Shown piece after piece: positions 20,370 to 24,267 of a DNA stretch of 24,267 nt. Below the pieces are notes generated by a model, which worked only from the letters and a program-made list of their open reading frames with translations, ran no database searches and was not told the DNA's origin. Numbering within the stretch: position 1 is the first letter of the stretch; each line of letters begins with the position of its first letter. Origin of the DNA: Octopus sinensis (lineage: Eukaryota); contig NW_021836585.1 of assembly GCF_006345805.1 (NCBI RefSeq), positions 1-24,267 of the forward strand. The letters run 5' to 3'. The translations under genes and the position numbers were made by a program.

Positions 20370-20832
20370 GGGTTGATAATGATGATGATGATGACGACGA
20401 CGACGACGATAATGATGACGATGAGGATAATGATGGTGGTGGTGTGGTGTTGGTGATGATGATGATGATGACAACGACGATGATGATGATGACGACGACG
20501 ATGATGATGATGATGATGATGGTGTTGGTTGTGGCAGTGGTTGTGACAGTGGTGGTGGTGATGGTGGTGTGGTGGTGGTGGTGGTGGTGGTGGTCGGTGG
20601 TGGTGGTGGTGGTGGTGTGGTGGTGGTGGTGGTGGGGTGGTGGCGGTGGTGGTGGTGGCGGTGGTTGGTGGTGGTGGTGGGGTTTGGTGGTGGTGGTGGT
20701 GGTGGTGGTGGTGGTGGTGGTGGTTGGTGGTGGTGGTGGTGGTGGTGGTGGTGGTGGTGGTGGTGGTGGTGGTGGTCGGTGGTGGTGGTGGTGGTGGTGG
20801 TGGTGGTGGTGGTGGTGGTGGTGGTAGTGGTG
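20370..20832. repeat. (GAT)n grading into a long (GGT)n tract
   Basis: Direct reading. Confidence 0.95.
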
Positions 20833-20835
20833 ATT

Positions 20836-20995
20836 CAGTAGACCCGGGCACGGCTGTGCAATTAAGAAGTTCATTTTGAATCTATGTAGCTTTAGGTTTG
20901 ATCTCACAACACAGCATCACAGGCAGACGTCTCCACCATGACCTCTTGGTCAACCAAAGTGCAACTTCGGAGACAGAAACTATGTAAGCCTGTCA
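20836..20995 (+). mobile_element. Highly degenerate SINE family A 5' half
   Basis: gtagacccgggcacggctgtgcaattaagaagtt...gaccaaag-like...gacagaaact aligns loosely to 18469-18626. Confidence 0.5.
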
Positions 20996-21111
20996 GAAGA
21001 TATGTTGTGCCGCAGTCTTCATCCGTCACCTTGGTTAACAACAGCGATAATCTTACAAAGAATTGATTCTTACCGCGCCCCAAGAATTTCAGTCTTTCGC
21101 TGGACTACTAG

Positions 21112-21685
21112 GTAGAGACGCGTGGCTTAGTGGTTAGGGTGTTACCATCATGATCGTAAGATTGTGATTTCGATTCCTGGACCGAGCGACGCGTTGTGTT
21201 CTTGAGCAAAACACTTCATTTCACGTTGCTCCAGTCCACTCAGCTGGCAAAACTGAGCAACACTGCGATGGACTGGTGTCCCGTTCTGCTGAGGAACACA
21301 TACGCCATAGAAACCGGGTAACCGGGCCCATGAGCCTAGCTAGGCTTTAAAAGGGCACATTTATTTGTGGAGGCGCAATGGCCCAGTGGTTAGGGCTGCG
21401 GACTCACGGTCGGAGGATCACGGTTTCGATTCCCAGACCGGCTGTTGTGTGTGTTTATCGAGCGAAAACACATAAAAGCTCCACGAGGCTCCGACAGTGG
21501 GTGGTGGCGACCCCTGCTGTACTCTTTCGCCACAACTTTCTCTCACTCTCTCTTCCTGTTTCTTGAGTAACGCTGTGATGTACTGGCATCCGTCCAGCTA
21601 GGGGGAGCACATTCACCACAGAAACCGGAAAACCGGGCCCATGAGCCTGACCAGGCTTGAAAAGGGGCGAGAAAGAAAGAAGAAA
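21112..21685 (+). mobile_element. SINE heterodimer: family D (21115-21365) plus family B (21367-~21670) within one 13-bp TSD
   Basis: Two tRNA-like heads (A boxes tggcttagtgg and tggcccagtgg; B boxes tttcgattcc); same 3' tail; gctggactactag at 21099-21111 and 21686-21698. Confidence 0.9.
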
Positions 21686-21699
21686 GCTGGACTACTAGC

Positions 21700-21925
21700 A
21701 TCGCACGAAAGGTTTTGCTGTATTTAGCGATGGACCATTGAATTCTGCGTTCAAATCTTACCGTTACCAACGTCTCGCTACCTTTTTTTAATCTTTTACA
21801 TGTTTCAGTTATTGGGTTGCAGCTTTGAAAGATTTTTGTCGAACAAGTCAACCACAGTACATATTCTTTTGCCGAAATGCTATTTCATGGGACGCAAACA
21901 AACCAACGCTAGGCATAAAACAGTA
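21700..21925. mobile_element. Degenerate SINE C-like head (+, ~21700-21785) followed by a deleted SINE A 3' half (-, ~21788-21925)
   Basis: ttctgcgttcaaatcttaccg; cttttacatgtttcagttatt...ttttgccgaa...acgcaaacaaacca is the reverse complement of the family A body. Confidence 0.55.
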
Positions 21926-22019
21926 TATCTGTGTGCGTACGTGTATGTACGTGTATGTGTGCATGTGTATTGATATATATATATATATACATATATATAT
22001 TTATATACAGTTATAAACA

Positions 22020-22215
22020 TATATAGTTAATCCAAACATGAAAGCACAAAAAACACAACAAAAAAACACGAGGACGTGGAACAAATATAGTATTATTGGA
22101 CGCTCAGGAAAGAAGGAAAGAAGGAGGGTTTAACGTTTCGAGCGGGGCTCTTCGTCGGAAACATAGGAGAAGGAAAGATCCAGAGAAGGGAAGACAGAGG
22201 AAAAAAAATCGCCAA
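22020..22215 (-). mobile_element. Small non-coding repeat carrying a minimal hammerhead (Penelope-like terminal-repeat / retrozyme-type)
   Basis: TA-flanked ~190-bp unit containing the motif below; shares architecture with 6623-6739. Confidence 0.5.
22128..22162 (-). ncRNA. Minimal type I hammerhead-like motif with palindromic helix III
   Basis: Minus strand GTTT-CCGACGA-A-GAGC(CCC)GCTC-GAA-ACGT-T-AAAC. Confidence 0.6.
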
Positions 22216-22254
<39 letters not shown>

Positions 22255-22399
22255 GTATTAGTATGCAGAAGACCCAAGATAGCAGTTAAAACTATGTAAC
22301 TGCTACAGCTGGGCCGTAGTTAGGCTCTCGGTCCGACAATAATACGAATGAGGAGTCTAATGCGGGTCTTATGTGAGCATGTATATGTTGTCTCATATC

Positions 22400-22545
22400 A
22401 TTCAACACACACACACACACGCACGCACACACACACACACATACACACACGCACGCACGCACGCAGACACACATACACACACACACACACATACACACAC
22501 GCACGCACGCAGACACACATACACACACACACATACACACACATA
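22400..22545. repeat. (CA)n/(CACG)n compound microsatellite
   Basis: Direct reading. Confidence 0.95.
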
Positions 22546-23229
22546 TTAAAAAAATGGTTTACAGTGATATATGATCCTACCGGATTCCGTGTCCGCTCTT
22601 ATCGGTTAATAATCCTGGCTAGCCACAGTGAATGCTGAACTTTGTTAAATTTAGTTAAAATTAGTTAAAATTAGCTATATTCGGTTAATGGTCACTTCGT
22701 AAAACCTAATCTCCTTATAAGGACAGCATAGTGTCCGTAGAGAAAAAATAAAATTCATAAAGATCAGGTGAACGAAAATTTGCAGTTAATCATCAGATCA
22801 TTCTTCGTCAAGATCAAGAACGATGTGATTACCTGTATAACAAAATTTGGATGTGCAAATCTCCGTTCTCCTCATCTTATTAACTTTATATGTGTATATA
22901 TATATACATATATATTGTTTTTTGTATCTATATTCGTATTATTTTTGGTTTTTTGTATTTATATTCGTGTAACATCGTCCGTTTTTCTGTCCTTGTTTCG
23001 TATACATTCGATCCTTTTTCCAAGAAATCTAATGCTCGTAGCTTAGTTATTCCTTGGGCTGGCCAGATTGGAACAATCTCAAGATTAATCAGCCGAAATT
23101 GCTAGGATGATCCGGTTCTTGACTGAAGATTAGAGGCTTCGGATGACCCGTACGTGATTTTTGTATCGTCTATTTGAATGTTTGCGTTCTTGTCCCATTT
23201 TGTTATATATATATATTATAATATATATA

Positions 23230-23263
<34 letters not shown>

Positions 23264-23318
23264 GTTTAAATATTTGTGTGCAAGATTTTTATGTGAAGTC
23301 GTGTGTTGAAACAGCTAT

Positions 23319-23387
23319 TGTTATATTTCGGAATGGTCATATTTTTGGCTATTAAACTGGCCAATATGACCATTCCGAAATATAACA
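23319..23387. repeat. Perfect 25-bp inverted repeat with 19-nt spacer
   Basis: tgttatatttcggaatggtcatatt / aatatgaccattccgaaatataaca. Confidence 0.95.
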
Positions 23388-23626
23388 CTATATATATATA
23401 GATATAATATATATATATCTATATATATATATAATATATATATACACAAATGTCTTTTGTTATCTTACCGTTTTACCAATATATAGTATATATATATATT
23501 TACTATATATATAGATATATATTATATACACGCACGCAGTCTCATACACATTTCTTTATTACCCAGGACGGGCTGACAAAGATAAGAAACAAACAACACA
23601 CTGAGGACATAAAGCGCCAAAAAAAA

Positions 23627-23886
23627 ACGAGGGATTGCGGGTTCGAATCTCAGACCGGGCGATGTGTGTGTTCATGAGCGAAACACCTAAGCTCCATGCA
23701 GCTCCGGCAGAAGGTAATGGTGAAATGTCTGCTGATTCTTTCGCCACAACTTTCTCTCACTCTTTCCTCCTGTATCTTGCAGCTCACCTGCGACGGACCG
23801 GCGTCCCGTCCAGGTAGGGAACCTATATGCCAAGAAACCGGAAAACCGGCCCTTATGAGCCAGGCATGGCTCGAGAAGGAACAAAC
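23627..23886 (+). mobile_element. SINE family B-like, A box missing
   Basis: B box gggttcgaatctc, core tgtgtgttcatgagcgaaacacctaagctcca...tttcgccacaactttctctcactct, tail gaaaccggaaaaccggccc..atgagcc as in 21367-21670. Confidence 0.8.
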
Positions 23887-24141
23887 ATATGCCCCTCTTT
23901 AAAAATCTAATAAAAATTCATCTGGAACCTGATTTTGATGTTCAAGGTAAGGACTACTGTGGGATTCAGGAAAATGTGTGATTAAAAGCATTCGAGAAAT
24001 TATCAGCGAGCCTTTTTAATGCTACATTTAAACTGTGTACAATATGCTCAAATTTTATTTCTGGTCATATAAGGATCGTACTAGGAGGATTTGGCCAATA
24101 TTTTCTGCCAATGGAACGGCAAAATTACACGTCTTCCTATA

Positions 24142-24155
24142 TATGCACACACACA

Positions 24156-24209
<54 letters not shown>

Positions 24210-24248
24210 CACACACACACATACACACACACACACATGCACACACAT
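24142..24248. repeat. (CA)n microsatellite
   Basis: Direct reading. Confidence 0.95.
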
Positions 24249-24267
24249 ACTGATCGCTAAATCCCAA

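Noticed and set aside
21289-21325. CTGAGGA...GAAAC hammerhead-like core in the SINE D tail
   Set aside because: No helix II or helix I pairing, and the CTGAGGA is absent from sister tails at ~21590 and ~23810
21367-21440. tRNA-like sequences with A and B boxes (also 14230-14291, 21115-21185)
   Set aside because: They lack a complete cloverleaf/acceptor stem and run into shared SINE bodies, so they are SINE heads, not tRNA genes
23123-23150. CTGAAGA core-like heptamer
   Set aside because: No downstream GAAA or helix II/III in this copy

Overview
Repeat-dominated animal (eukaryotic) genomic DNA. From recall of its SINE families and microsatellite load it is most likely an octopus or other coleoid cephalopod; this is not verified. 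No host protein-coding gene, rRNA, true tRNA gene or CRISPR array is supportable. Contents: (1) a 5'-complete, frameshifted Tx1/L1-clade LINE on the minus strand (1-5170) whose 5' end abuts a (GATA)n array; (2) a co-oriented train of an RTE 3' fragment, an R4/Dong-like RLE retrotransposon fragment and an unclassified repeat, all joined by (AAT)n arrays (9.2-11.9 kb); (3) a decayed mariner split by a SINE dimer; (4) two oppositely oriented ~430-bp TIR elements carrying TTAGGG repeats; (5) about 15 tRNA-derived SINE copies showing head/tail shuffling, including two dimers that each sit inside a single TSD; (6) a near-identical ~0.7-kb tandem duplication; (7) large simple-repeat blocks. The most notable unexplained structures are a complete type I hammerhead-ribozyme fold (6535-6580), a minimal dimer-type hammerhead (22128-22162) in a related family of small non-coding repeats, and an ungapped 64-bp hairpin with G.U-biased substitutions (5948-6096). 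Coordinates were read by hand and may be off by a few bases at repeat edges.
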